This document shows, in pieces, positions 18,835 to 30,659 of a DNA stretch of 64,000 nt. Both the position numbers and the translations under genes were made by a program. This stretch comes from Histomonas meleagridis 2922-C6/04-290x. Lineage: Eukaryota > Protista > Parabasalia. How positions within the stretch are numbered: position 1 is the stretch's first letter; the number at the start of each line of letters is the position of its first letter. The notes below the pieces were generated by a model, which saw only the letters and a list, made by a program, of their open reading frames with translations, was not told the DNA's origin and ran no database searches. The stretch is from NCBI GenBank assembly GCA_020184695.1, contig JAANOX010000082.1, forward strand, positions 124,001 to 188,000. The letters are read 5' to 3'.

Positions 18835-21507
18835 TTACTCAAGTATAGAATGCAAAAAATTGTATATCGACTTATCACGTAACATTTCTGGTGATTTTCC
18901 ATTTCTACATATTTTACCCAATGGGAGTGCGACAGAAGCGATTACCACCGACAGCATCCAATCCTTAAATCCCAAGCGATGACATCCTACGTAAGTACCG
19001 CACAACAGCAGCAATATTTGGAACAACACAATTCCGCATATTATCATTATAATCGAAGGGCTTTCATTGAAGTTTTTCGTTGTTGGGTTATTTCTTTCTA
19101 CGGCCATTGCGTTAAACATGTTAAAAATTTGGGCGAATACGAAAACATTTAATATGAATGAGTAATGATAATCTCCGAAAGGAAATGCGTTCATTGGAGG
19201 GAATATTATAATCAACAAAATGACAACGAATAGATATAATACTTGGAATGTTATATTCTTCACCATAAATGGAGTTAACAAAGAAGTGTTATTATTTAAC
19301 TTCTTCTTTTGTAACATATAATTCTTCGGCTTTCCAATGCTATAAATGATTGCGCCCAAAATTACAATGACGAAATTTGTATAAAGTGTTTGGAAGCCAT
19401 TAAATATCATTTCGGAGATGAAAAACGATGTGACAATCGATGTTAAAAGTGTTGACGTAACAATCATTAATTGGAACTGTATGAAACAACGAATTTTATA
19501 TAACAAACAACAATTCCATTTGAAATAATTCGATATGAAATTAATGTCATTCCCCATATTAACTATTCGATGAATATTATTAACATTAGGAAATGTTAAT
19601 GATATATTTTCAGTGATTCCAATGTTTTCATTATATTCTTTTAATAACAAATTAATGAAATTCTTTTTATCATTTGTTGATGCATTAGTTACAACTGCAA
19701 TTTTATTTAAGATTTCCATTTGTTGTTGATAATTCAGACCAAAGAATTCTTTAGCTGTAATTGCAATTTTGTTTTTGGTTAATATATGACATTTCTTAGC
19801 AATAGTTTTAGATGTTATTAAACTATCGCCTGTTATCATGATAACTTTAGTTCCTGCGCTTTGACATTCGATGATTGCCTTACGTGAATTATCACGAATT
19901 GGATCATAAACGCAAATGATTGTCACTAACGTTAAATCGGACTCAATGATATCATTTGTTAATTCATTTGGTAAACTTTTGATGTATTTTTGTGCAATGC
20001 ACATTGTGGTAAATCCTTGTTCACATTTCGAGTTATTAATTTGTGTTAACTTCTCAATGAAATCTTTTGTGATTGTTTCGACTTTCCCATTTTCATTATA
20101 ATAATGTGTACATAACTTAATGATGTCTTCGGGTGTACCTTTAACATATATATTATATCCTTCATTTTGTTGTGTAATTGTGGAAAATAAATTTCGACTT
20201 TTATCAAATTGAAAACATTTTACAACTTTCGCATTCTTTCGAATTTGTTCTGAATCAAATCCAAAAGTATTAACTAAGTTTAATAATGAATAATCTGTTT
20301 GCGTTAAATATTCTTCGTTTAAGTTACAACTTAATGAAAATGTATTAGCTAAAAGTGGTTTGATTTCGGTCGAGAAATTTGTGATGTCTTTGCATCGAAA
20401 AATTCGATTGTTAATTATACATTGTTCAACATTCATTTGATTCTTGGTCAAAATACCTGTTTTGTTGGTACAGATAATGTTGATAGGGCCATAAGATTCA
20501 TATAAACAATATTTGGAGAAGTCCTCATTTGATAATTTTCGTTCCATATAATCAAGTGATAATGAATATACAAAATGTGGCCATTTTTGGGAACTACAGG
20601 TTATAAATGATAGGAAAATAACAAAGAAATTAATGGGCTCTCGAACATAGCCCCATGGCAATTTACTGTATCGAATATTGATTATCCAAATGACTATAAG
20701 AACTAGTAAAATGTTAAAGGAAATGACACCAACTTTCTTGCCAAGTCGATTACCAAAGGAATCAACGCGTTTTTGAAGCGAATTAGAATGTGATGATATA
20801 TCATATCGTGGTTGATGGCCAACGCAAAGGGTTAACATTTGGCCACTCCCACTGGTAACAGTTGAACCCGATATAAGAAATGGATCATGCTCATCCTTGG
20901 GAATTGAAATATATTCACCATTAATTGATAATTGGTCAACAAAAATTTGATCATAATCAATAAGAACTCCATCAGAAGGAACAGTACTTCCAGGTTGGAG
21001 TTGGATAATATCACCAACTACGACATCATAATTTTTGATTTTTGTTAATACTCCTTTTCGAATAACATTTACATCAAAAACTTCGCGCTGTTTTTTGGCT
21101 AATATAAGTCTGTGGTGATCTCTGTAATCTATATAGGATTGAATAAATATTATTGCAATGATTGAAATTAACATGAATATTTCATCAAAAACCGAATACT
21201 CTTTGTCTGAGTAAGAAGCAAGTCGGTAGTCTGTTATTAAACAATATACTACTAAAGAAATTAAAAGTATTGTTTTGATGCTAAAAAAGTATCGTATTGC
21301 TATAGTAAAAAAAGGTTTAAAATCTCTATCAAAAAATTCGTTGTTCCCGTAAAGTGAAATTCTCTGCGGTATTGAACTCGGGTCAATGCCTTCACTTAAA
21401 TTTACATGAAATCTTTTTCCTATGTTACCAACGCCGCCATTGCTTTGAATACTACGAACATTATTGGAATTAACTATGTTATGAAGTTCATCTGATGAGA
21501 TTTGCAT
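18835..21507 (-). CDS. Divergent P2B (PMCA-like) P-type ATPase lacking the catalytic aspartate
   Basis: VVGDIIQLQPGSTVPSDG, VKGTPE, DPIRD, VIMITGDS and FNMFNA motifs are present. The phosphorylation motif reads ICTNKTGILT instead of DKTGT. First ATG is at 21507. Confidence 0.85.
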   Translation of the reverse strand: MQISSDELHNIVNSNNVRSIQSNGGVGNIGKRFHVNLSEGIDPSSIPQRISLYGNNEFFDRDFKPFFTIAIRYFFSIKTILLISLVVYCLITDYRLASYSDKEYSVFDEIFMLISIIAIIFIQSYIDYRDHHRLILAKKQREVFDVNVIRKGVLTKIKNYDVVVGDIIQLQPGSTVPSDGVLIDYDQIFVDQLSINGEYISIPKDEHDPFLISGSTVTSGSGQMLTLCVGHQPRYDISSHSNSLQKRVDSFGNRLGKKVGVISFNILLVLIVIWIINIRYSKLPWGYVREPINFFVIFLSFITCSSQKWPHFVYSLSLDYMERKLSNEDFSKYCLYESYGPINIICTNKTGILTKNQMNVEQCIINNRIFRCKDITNFSTEIKPLLANTFSLSCNLNEEYLTQTDYSLLNLVNTFGFDSEQIRKNAKVVKCFQFDKSRNLFSTITQQNEGYNIYVKGTPEDIIKLCTHYYNENGKVETITKDFIEKLTQINNSKCEQGFTTMCIAQKYIKSLPNELTNDIIESDLTLVTIICVYDPIRDNSRKAIIECQSAGTKVIMITGDSLITSKTIAKKCHILTKNKIAITAKEFFGLNYQQQMEILNKIAVVTNASTNDKKNFINLLLKEYNENIGITENISLTFPNVNNIHRIVNMGNDINFISNYFKWNCCLLYKIRCFIQFQLMIVTSTLLTSIVTSFFISEMIFNGFQTLYTNFVIVILGAIIYSIGKPKNYMLQKKKLNNNTSLLTPFMVKNITFQVLYLFVVILLIIIFPPMNAFPFGDYHYSFILNVFVFAQIFNMFNAMAVERNNPTTKNFNESPSIIMIICGIVLFQILLLLCGTYVGCHRLGFKDWMLSVVIASVALPLGKICRNGKSPEMLRDKSIYNFLHSILE

Positions 21508-22238
21508 GTGGAAACAAGATCTCCTTTGTGAATAAGATAGAGGATTCAATTTTTCAGTGCATGTTAAATGTAAACTCTTTAATTTCCTCTGAAATAGGGT
21601 TCATTAAATCCAAAACCACTTTTGAATTAAGTAAGGCCACCTAGTTTTTGAACGTGGTGGGGTGACTTTTGTACGTTAATATATCAAAACAACTTTTCAA
21701 AATTTTATCTGTGATATGTTTGTTCTATCTTGCATGTTAAATCGCAAACATCTTCAAAATCTTTAACTCTTTCTGAACTCTTTCAACCGGGGACAATCGT
21801 TGCCATATGGCATTATTTTTCATCTAACAATTTTTTCATAAATACAAAAGTGCTATTTAATAAAAAATAAACCCAACAATTTCTAACGTCTTGAATGACA
21901 CCGATCATTCCTCGTACGAGTACATGGTATTATAAAACCTAAATTTCACTAGCGTTAGTTTAGAATTATAAATAATATTGTTTGTTTTTTCACCATCTAT
22001 AACCATATTATTGAAACGAAAACATTAAAAAAAATAGTATTGCATTACATAAATTGAAGAAGCGAAGGACTATAAATAGATAAAATTTTATTTTAACTAT
22101 AATAGATTAAATTTAATCCATTAATGAATTCATTATTAAAATTTTGAAACTTCTAAAATGTAATTTTTTTCTTAATCTATAGAATTATCAACAAAAATTA
22201 TAAACAATGACTTTATTTAATATAAAAACATTTCTATT

Positions 22239-22763
22239 TTACCACAAATCAAGGAAAAATTCTTCAATTTCTGATTCTGTATAATTTGATCCAGGACCAA
22301 TACAGTGCTTCATTTCATCAGCAAGTTCTTGCATGCCGATGTGAGGACACTTTCCGTATTGATGTCCTCCTTTTTGGCCACAGTTTAAACAAAATGTTCC
22401 ATTTTTCCAATTTGAATCTGCAGGAATTGAATTTTGGATATTAACATCGGAATATACACCAAGCTCATCTTCTAAGTATTGCCCTTCTTCTATAACGCGT
22501 TTATATACATATTGGAAATCTTTTTCAAGCTCATTTTCAAGATCTTCTAATTTAGGGAGATCACCTGTACAAGAAGATGACATGTGTCCAAGCTTTCCAC
22601 ACCTATAACATATTGTCTTTGGTAAAGTCAGTGTTTCAGATTTTGATCTTTGGATTTTAGGTTGAACAATTGTAGTTCCAGGCATAACATTTACTTTGTG
22701 AAAGAACGTGGATAGATAAAATCCAGCTTCATCATCCAATGAAAGACCAGTGCATTGAATCAT
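22239..22763 (-). CDS. CCHC zinc-knuckle protein (Air1/ZCCHC-like)
   Basis: CYRCGKLGHMSSSC and CLNCGQKGGHQYGKC. Confidence 0.65.
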   Translation of the reverse strand: MIQCTGLSLDDEAGFYLSTFFHKVNVMPGTTIVQPKIQRSKSETLTLPKTICYRCGKLGHMSSSCTGDLPKLEDLENELEKDFQYVYKRVIEEGQYLEDELGVYSDVNIQNSIPADSNWKNGTFCLNCGQKGGHQYGKCPHIGMQELADEMKHCIGPGSNYTESEIEEFFLDLW

Positions 22764-23744
22764 ATTGCTTCAGTTTTTTGGTCATTGCCGATCAAAGAGA
22801 AACACGATCAAAAATTATTGAAAAAATGGCGCGCTGTTCCTTCTTGACCAAGCCGATAGAATATCAAAAGTGCAGAATGAGCGTTTGTTGAAGTCTTGAC
22901 TCAAACTTCTAGAAGTTCTGTTTTTATTCTAGAATAAATACACTCAAATACATTAAAAATTTTATTAATTTTTTCAAAATTTATACCTTTCTTACGAAAT
23001 TTTTCAGTTTTAAAGTTCGGGCATAGATGCAAAAAACATTTAAAAATAAGAATGATTGCTTTAATAAATACTTATTTATGAAATTAATTAATTTAGAAAA
23101 TATTTTGATGAAATAATTATGATAAAATGATAACGTCTTAGTAATTGATTATATATATTTAATTATTAACATTTAATCGATGATGGTGATGAAATGAAAT
23201 CAGATCACATCATTAAAAGAGATTGATATGGAATAATGTTCCATTCAACAACTAGAACAAATAGAAGATAAAGTTATTCTATTGCAAGTACATCATACTC
23301 AAGTAATTTTTTTTTGAAATCCAAAAAGGTTGGTTGAACCAAAGTTGGAGAAAAGGAACAACTTTTCAAGGCAACTAACATTAAGTATTAATCATATTTT
23401 TATTTAAAGCATATATAAATTTTTGAAATAATTTCATATGCATTAGTGGAAAATCAATAGAGAGATAAACTCACCATTGTTCAAAATGCAGAAATGCTAT
23501 ATTAAGCTTGGTCATCAATGTAATTATTTTGGAAACTATATTTCTTCTTCCATATCATTTACTTTGTTTCTTTCCAATATATCATTCATTTCAACTCAAT
23601 TCTCATCGTTTAGATAAGATGTTTCAGCATCTCTGTGAGTCTTGGAATGTTTACATGATACTCAATGATTTTTGGAACAGAATTTTTCTCATCAAATTGA
23701 GTTAATTTAAAAAAAAAATCATCTTTTTGATTACAAACAAAAAT

Positions 23745-24899
23745 TTAGTAAAAAATAGAACTCTTTGCAATTGTTGGCTTTGTAATTGCATTATTTCGTC
23801 TTATAAAACCGATTTTCCTTGATCCTAACGTTCCACCTTTCCTTCCCGAAATGCGGATTATGCCTGATTTCCCTCTCTTTTTCAGATCAGTGTTTCTGTC
23901 TAAAGTGATAATTTTTTGATGTTGAAGGGTTCTTGCGGTTCGATTAAATTCAATTTCTTTTTGGGTGTAACTTCGTTCGATATCGCTTTCGCTTACATTG
24001 CAATCTTCCTCCCAGTCTGGTTTGTTAAAGAAGTTGTCGACTTTTCTCATCGAAATAATTATTGATTTTGATTCTGGCGAAATCGCGTTAGATTCGATAT
24101 TGCAGAGCCACCTATGCGAAAGGGCCTCCGATTCTGTGATTCTTTTGGCTGGATCAACAGTTAAAAGTCTCGAAATTAAATCTGAGCATTCTGGACTTAA
24201 AGATGTTGGGATACTGTAATCACCTGCTCTTATCTGCTCGATGAGCTGTGCTTGGTTTCGGTTCGACCAGGGAAGTTGACCTGTTACTAATGCATATAAA
24301 ATAACCCCAATGCTCCAAAGATCAGAAATTCTTCCATCATATGGTTTACCTGTAAGGCATTCTGGAGATGTGTAACATAATGAACCACACGGCGTTGTGA
24401 CTAAGCCATCTTTTCCGACAAATTTTGATAATCCAAAATCAGATATTTTGATTCTTCCTTGTTGATCTAACAGAATGTTTTCTGGTTTGATATCTCTATG
24501 GGCTACTCCTATAGAATGGATGTATTGTATAGCATTTAGCAATTGATAGATAAGATTTGCAGCTTCTGGCTCTGGTATTTTCCCACGATCAATAAGAAAC
24601 TTATACAAATCACCACCTGGACAGTATTCCATAAAAATATATATGTTAAATTCGTCTTTAAGAAGATCAATTATTTGAACAACCCCTGGATGGTACATTT
24701 GTTGATTAACCCGTATCTCTTCTTCAGTCCTTTCCCATAAGTCATTTGTTATAAGCGTGTTTATAGGAATAATCTTACAGGCATAATGTTGCTTTGATTC
24801 ATTTTGCAATGCAAGCTTCACATATGAAAATGCACCTGCGCCAATCGTTTCTAAGAGTGAGTATTTGCCAATTTGGGATGGGACAACAAACGTCTTCAT
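23745..24899 (-). CDS. CAMK-group (AMPK/SNF1-like) Ser/Thr protein kinase
   Basis: IGAGAFSYV, YACKII, HRDIKPEN, DFGLS, TPCGSLCYTSPE and DLWSIGV; all catalytic motifs are present. Confidence 0.93.
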   Translation of the reverse strand: MKTFVVPSQIGKYSLLETIGAGAFSYVKLALQNESKQHYACKIIPINTLITNDLWERTEEEIRVNQQMYHPGVVQIIDLLKDEFNIYIFMEYCPGGDLYKFLIDRGKIPEPEAANLIYQLLNAIQYIHSIGVAHRDIKPENILLDQQGRIKISDFGLSKFVGKDGLVTTPCGSLCYTSPECLTGKPYDGRISDLWSIGVILYALVTGQLPWSNRNQAQLIEQIRAGDYSIPTSLSPECSDLISRLLTVDPAKRITESEALSHRWLCNIESNAISPESKSIIISMRKVDNFFNKPDWEEDCNVSESDIERSYTQKEIEFNRTARTLQHQKIITLDRNTDLKKRGKSGIIRISGRKGGTLGSRKIGFIRRNNAITKPTIAKSSIFY

Positions 24900-25087
24900 C
24901 AGCTTCGGAGTTGGATATCAACAACTTCGAAAATGCAGTACGATCAAAAACATCTTAAAAGTTTTCACTTTTTATGAATGAATTGAAATTTTGAGGCGAA
25001 ATTTGCTCGTGAATTTTTTTTTTTTGATAGAATTGAAGCTATCGCTTCGCGCTATATCAACAGCGAGCTCCAATAAATATTAGCATC

Positions 25088-25120
<33 letters not shown>
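25088..25120. repeat. (TA)n microsatellite
   Basis: About 33 nt of alternating TA with one interruption. Confidence 0.9.
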
Positions 25121-25124
<4 letters not shown>

Positions 25125-25644
25125 TAATCTTCCCTTAATTCTTTTATGAGGACGAAGTGAGTTTTTATTCATTGAATTTTAAATTAACAATTTTTTAATG
25201 ATTTAATATAAGAGGGACTCAAACTTCAAATCCGACGATATTTTTTCATCGATAATTTTATGTTGATAATGGTATCTGTTGGAGATACAAAAATACCATC
25301 GTCATGAAATTTTAATCGTTAAATCTAGATAATTATCTTTTATCATTTTTTGAAATTTGAGAAAAAGTGAAAATACATGAAAAAAACAACTTCTTTAAAC
25401 GATTTGGGAAAAGTGACACTCAAATTTCCACGTTCCTCTCAGAAGAATTGAAAATGATCCTTAATGTCATTCCAACGTTGCTAGCATATATGAGGAATAT
25501 CAGACAAAACAAAAATACATGTCAGTGGTCACATTATCATCATTATAAAGATTTCTTATACAAAAACAATGCAACAAATTACATTCTCTCTCACAGTAGT
25601 TTTCAAAAATATGTTTGGTCAAAGGAATCCTTTTACTGATCTTT

Positions 25645-27474
25645 TCAATTGGTAAATGAATTCATTTGACCTTCTTGAATCAATTGCGATTCTTCAGGAA
25701 TCTTGCTTCTTTTATTCTTATACTTAATTACCAAAACAGTAACCACAATTATTACTGTCAAAGCTGCAATACATCCCATAGTAATTGCAAAAACTGCGTT
25801 ATTTTTATTACAATTATTTGTAATATCATTATTCCCTTCTTCAACTTGAAGTTCTTTTATTACATTTAATGGACCGAATTTTGTTCCATTATAATTTTTT
25901 GTTGTTATTACATATTTTGCTTTCATTCTTGTAAATACGCTATCTCCAAACTTTGGTTCAACTTCACCATAAAAAGATATGTTTTGAAGGTTTTTACAAT
26001 GAAAGAAAGCGTTATCACCAATTGAATTTACTTTTTCTCCAATAATAATTTTTGTTAATGTTAAACAATATTTAAAAGCGTATTTTCCAATTGAAGTAAC
26101 TGTATTTGGTATTTTGAATTCTTCATTTTCTTTCTTTATTGGATAACAAATTAATTTTGTTATATCTTTATCATAAAGAACACCATCATTTTTGAAATTG
26201 GAATATTTTTCGTTTTCTAATGAAACATTAATGAAATATAATCCAGTGTTTTGGAATGCTTCTTCTCCAATAAAAGTAACTGATTTTGGAATTTGAATAT
26301 TTTTCAAATTATAACTGCCCGTAAATGCTGATTCATTAATTGTTTTAACATTTTCTCCGATTTCAACTGTTTCTAAATGATTGCAATTCATAAAAGCTCT
26401 TTTTCCAATTGATGTAACTGAATTTGGAATTATAATATTTATTAAGTTGCTACAACTATTAAAAGAATAATCATCAATATAAATAACTGAATTAGGAATT
26501 ACAAAAGTTTTTCTTGGATTATCGACTGGATATAAAATTAATTTTTTTATTCTTTTGTCATAAAGAACATCATCATTTTCGAAATTAGAATACTTTAAGT
26601 TATTTTTGTCAACTTTAATAAATTGAATTTTATCACAATGAATAAATACATTAGTTCCAATGTAATTAACTGATTTTGGAATTGTAACATTTTTTAATGA
26701 GAAGCAAAATTCGAATGCATTATCTTCGATTCTTTGAACATTATTTCCAATTAAAACATTTTCCAAATTCATTACAAAACTAAAAGAATTTGAACCAATC
26801 GAAAGAACTGAATTTGAAATTTCAAATGTTTTGAACTCATTACATGAATTAAATGCATAACTTTTAATATATAGAACTGACTTTGGCAATTCATAATTAT
26901 TTACTGATTTTCCACATGGATAACATATGATTGAACTAATATCTTTACTATAAATGACTCCATCATCTTTGTAATTGCTATAATTTTGATTTTCATTTGA
27001 TATTTTTATATATTGAAGTTTAATACAATTTGAAAAAACATTTTCTCCAATATAAGTAACTGATTTTGAAATTGTGATTGTGTTTAATAATTCGCATCTC
27101 TGAAATGCATTGGAATCAAGAGAAATAATCGAATTTGGTAATGTGAGATTACTTAAGGAACAACATGTTTCAAAAGCACTTTCTTCAATTGTTCTTAAGT
27201 TATTACTAAACTTAATCGATTCTAATAATGAACAGTGATAAAATGCTTTGAAACCAATCGATGTAACTGAGTCACTGAGATCTACAGTAATAATTCTCCA
27301 TAAAGAGAATGCATAACTTGGAATCTCAGTGACATTATTCATTATTATTATATGTTTCGCTACTGCTCGATATTGCTTTATAGATATACCAAACAATGAC
27401 AATGTTAGTGTTTGTGTTTTTTCATCATATGCTTGCAATGTGTGAAACAAAAACAATGAGAACATAAAACCCAT
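25645..27474 (-). CDS. BspA-like (TpLRR) type I membrane surface protein, intact
   Basis: Signal-peptide-like N-terminus, many IPxSVTxIGxxAFxxC repeats, TM AVFAITMGCIAALTVIIVVTVLVI and a short cytosolic tail containing EESQLI. Confidence 0.92.
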   Translation of the reverse strand: MGFMFSLFLFHTLQAYDEKTQTLTLSLFGISIKQYRAVAKHIIIMNNVTEIPSYAFSLWRIITVDLSDSVTSIGFKAFYHCSLLESIKFSNNLRTIEESAFETCCSLSNLTLPNSIISLDSNAFQRCELLNTITISKSVTYIGENVFSNCIKLQYIKISNENQNYSNYKDDGVIYSKDISSIICYPCGKSVNNYELPKSVLYIKSYAFNSCNEFKTFEISNSVLSIGSNSFSFVMNLENVLIGNNVQRIEDNAFEFCFSLKNVTIPKSVNYIGTNVFIHCDKIQFIKVDKNNLKYSNFENDDVLYDKRIKKLILYPVDNPRKTFVIPNSVIYIDDYSFNSCSNLINIIIPNSVTSIGKRAFMNCNHLETVEIGENVKTINESAFTGSYNLKNIQIPKSVTFIGEEAFQNTGLYFINVSLENEKYSNFKNDGVLYDKDITKLICYPIKKENEEFKIPNTVTSIGKYAFKYCLTLTKIIIGEKVNSIGDNAFFHCKNLQNISFYGEVEPKFGDSVFTRMKAKYVITTKNYNGTKFGPLNVIKELQVEEGNNDITNNCNKNNAVFAITMGCIAALTVIIVVTVLVIKYKNKRSKIPEESQLIQEGQMNSFTN

Positions 27475-27935
27475 TTCTCCAAAAAAATATGTGAATATGT
27501 AAACTACTCAAATAGGTGGCCGGGGTGAGGTGATGTAACAAACTTTTTAAATGTCTATTTGGTTTTGTCCTTTGAAACAATCATGATTACAACAGTCAAG
27601 TGACTCAACCGAAATCTACATACAAAAAGATTTGTAATTATCTCAAAATTCTGAAGATGAACTGTTTCAGTGAAATTTTTACGGTTAAAGCTGCTTGTCA
27701 AAATGGTTTGAAAGAAAAATTTGTTTTGCTGTGCGAAAAGAGATCTCTTATCAAAAAATAAACATGTTAAAGGAAAGTGATTTTAAAATATTTTGTGAAT
27801 TGTTATTATTTACCTTGGTTTCATAGAGTTTTGTGCTTCTACAAGAGGAACTGTTTTATTGTTATTTACCTTACTTTCAATTGATTGTTGTGATGTTTCT
27901 ATGCGTGAATTACTATTGCTTATCTTTGTCTTTAA

Positions 27936-28020
27936 AATATGTTTTAATAATTTGAAGCAACACTTCATATAGCAGTTAGAAATAATAATATGGAAATAGT
28001 AAAATTACTTTTTGATAAAG
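27936..28020 (+). pseudogene. Solo ankyrin module with the 3' end of a spacer (same family as 60.2-61.1 kb)
   Basis: aatatgttttaataattt followed by EATLHIAVRNNNMEIVKLLFDK, nearly identical to the modules at 60253-61124. Confidence 0.75.
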
Positions 28021-28901
28021 TTTATGGGTACATCTTTTAAACCGATTATATGAGGCAGTGAATGATATGAATAAGTTCTGGAATGTTTAATTACATTTCA
28101 CATTCATTTTGGTAGTTATTAAAATGCCAAAAAACATTATATAAGTATAGATCTCCTTCATGTGAAAATATAACACTGTCATATCGTGATGAAGGAACAA
28201 AATTAAAATGATATTCTCTTAATTATTACATTTGATACTTCTTCAAGTGAATTAATTCCATATTTTTCTTTGAATTAAACACAATCAATGATATAATTTT
28301 TATGCTCCTAATTAATTTCTATGATATCTTTGGAAACATGTGCTTCCCATTTAGTCACTAAGCATGCTTAGGGCAATACATGTAAAAATGTTCATAATAA
28401 AATATGTTTTCTATTTCATGTTTGTCTTTAAAGGAATATAAAAAAAGTCAGTTCAAATAATTCATACCTAATTCTTGAGTAACAAAAAATTAAAATATGT
28501 CTATGGAAAAATAGATGCACAATAGTATTTACATATTCGAATTCATCATACCAACATTGTTGAATTTGGGAATGCTTGAGAGGAACTAGAGTAAACAATA
28601 ATGATTTGTGGAACATAATTTGCATGGTATGATTTACCTATGTTAAAAGATATTATTGAAATACATTGTAATTGCTAGTGTTAATGATATATTTTATGGG
28701 TTAAGTTAGTTCATACATTAATCCCAATGTTCATTAAAGAATTATAAAAAGTCACGAAGCTAAAATACTTATCGTTATTATAAAAAAGTCATACATTGAA
28801 TAGTTTACATCATTTGTAAGCACGACGATAGAACATTCACAAATAATTTATAACAATTGTTATAAAAAATTATAATATATCCTTTATCAACAACAAAAAG
28901 T

Positions 28902-30215
28902 TCAATACGCATATCCAATTATTCTCTTTCTTATTGACGGGACATTCATAATCACCAAAAATCCAAACAACAGAACCATTTCTACAACAGATCCGAACAC
29001 AACAATTTTCATAGCGGGAGATTTATCAGCGCTTTTAGCGATCGATGATATTACATTTTCATGGTCAATTCCTTCTTCATCCATTTGTTCGAAGATTGCT
29101 TTCAAGTTCAGAATCTGATCATAAGTTTTGAAAAACTTTTCTTTCAGTGTCGAGTTAAAAAAGTCCAACATCTTCTGCGCCGAATTCATTGCTGCGCCTG
29201 CAACGTCGCGCGCACTTTGTACCCGCTCCACAATTTTGATCGTTCGCTTCTGCCACTTTTGTGAATACATCAAAAGATTTTCCTGAACAAACTCAGTCAA
29301 ATCTGAGAACGATGCGACGTCAAATGACGCGTGGTTAACCTCATCGACAACATCGAAAACGCGATCTGTTGTTGATTCTGGGGTTTCCGTAACATTAGGA
29401 ACACCTGACGGATTCAAGCGTTTGAAGGATTGAAGCTCAGATGTGGTTTTGTTGAAAATTGGATTTCGGAACCCTGATTTATGTGGATGTTTGACATGTC
29501 CATGATTTCTATGGTTCCCAAGTGTGTGTTGATGTTCTTCAAAATTTAATACTCTGCTTGAAAAGTCGTCGATTTTAAATAATATTTCATAAAGATTAAT
29601 TTGCGTGTAATATTTATTGCACGCGGCAGTAAGGCCAATGTAGTGCTCATAAAGGCTGACATTAAGGCGTTGAGTAAAATATTGTTTACCATCAATATTA
29701 ACGGAAACTTCTTTATCGTTGAAATTAAGGGTAAACAAAATTGGAGTGTTGTCTTGAAAAGGAATTGATATATCTGGGTGATCAAAATTTTCAAGAGAAT
29801 ATGCTTTTTCTCCAGAAGATTGAATTAAACTCATTTGAAGAGTTTGTTGTTCTGTTGAATGATCTATTAAACCTACAAAGGAGATGCCTCTGAATTTTGA
29901 AGGCCCACCACAAATTGGACCAGAAGTTCCATACTTGTTAACTATTAAAAAGTTAAATCCACCTCCACCATTTCCTTCGCCAAATTCAATCTTAAATGAA
30001 ATAGACCAAGGAAATTCTGGAACTTCCACTTTAGTCCATAAAAAGCCTTTTCTATATTGTATTGGTGGAGTGAGCATAATCATGTCTTTGTATATAACTG
30101 AAGAGCCACCAACTTCCCAATAACCAATATTTCCTTCCTCTGTTGGTTCAAATGGTGGTGATAAGTCTGCAGTTGTTTTAGAAACACATTGAAACACTAA
30201 AACAACAACAAACAT
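28902..30215 (-). CDS. L-type (legume-like) lectin, ERGIC-53/VIP36-like cargo receptor
   Basis: WEVGGSSVIYKDMIMLTP..GFLWT, YIGLTAAC, a coiled-coil stalk and a C-terminal TM. Confidence 0.8.
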   Translation of the reverse strand: MFVVVLVFQCVSKTTADLSPPFEPTEEGNIGYWEVGGSSVIYKDMIMLTPPIQYRKGFLWTKVEVPEFPWSISFKIEFGEGNGGGGFNFLIVNKYGTSGPICGGPSKFRGISFVGLIDHSTEQQTLQMSLIQSSGEKAYSLENFDHPDISIPFQDNTPILFTLNFNDKEVSVNIDGKQYFTQRLNVSLYEHYIGLTAACNKYYTQINLYEILFKIDDFSSRVLNFEEHQHTLGNHRNHGHVKHPHKSGFRNPIFNKTTSELQSFKRLNPSGVPNVTETPESTTDRVFDVVDEVNHASFDVASFSDLTEFVQENLLMYSQKWQKRTIKIVERVQSARDVAGAAMNSAQKMLDFFNSTLKEKFFKTYDQILNLKAIFEQMDEEGIDHENVISSIAKSADKSPAMKIVVFGSVVEMVLLFGFLVIMNVPSIRKRIIGYAY

Positions 30216-30426
30216 TTTGCGGTTTTGACAGTGATTCGAAATGTTATGTGAAAAATAACACAGAAGTGCAAAAAATGATGAAAATGAAACTGAATAACAA
30301 GCTTTTAATGTATATAATTTACAAAATATTATATCCCTATCACAAATAATCTTGCAAAAATGTTTTGCAAAAAGTTGTGAAATTTTGAAATATACAAAAA
30401 AATTCTTTGATAAAACAAAACAATTG

Positions 30427-30636
30427 TCATATGTACAAGTGCTTTATCACTAAGCAGGCAATGCAAATTACTACAAACAAATGAGGTATGTATCCATTCC
30501 AATCAATTTTTGTGTCAGATATCTTATCAACATTTTGTAATTCTTCGCGAATACAATCATTTAATTCCTTTAAAGCATCTAACTGCGATAATAATTCCAA
30601 TCTTGTCTCTCTTCCTTCTTCTTTGGTTTCTTCCAT
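30427..30636 (-). CDS. Small coiled-coil, tail-anchored membrane protein
   Basis: 69 aa with a heptad-rich N-terminus and C-terminal hydrophobic segment. An Inr-like TCACTT lies 9-14 nt upstream. Confidence 0.55.
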   Translation of the reverse strand: MEETKEEGRETRLELLSQLDALKELNDCIREELQNVDKISDTKIDWNGYIPHLFVVICIACLVIKHLYI

Positions 30637-30644
30637 CCAATGAA

Positions 30645-30650
30645 AAGTGA
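30645..30650 (-). promoter_or_regulatory. Trichomonad initiator (Inr) motif in a 23-bp divergent intergenic gap
   Basis: TCACTT on the minus strand just upstream of the ATG at 30636. Confidence 0.55.
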
Positions 30651-30659
30651 CAAACGTTT

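Noticed and set aside
25140-25640. Track ORF 25367-25639 and kinase-like scraps (HSNVASIYEEYQ)
   Set aside because: No coherent domain; similarity is too weak to support a call.
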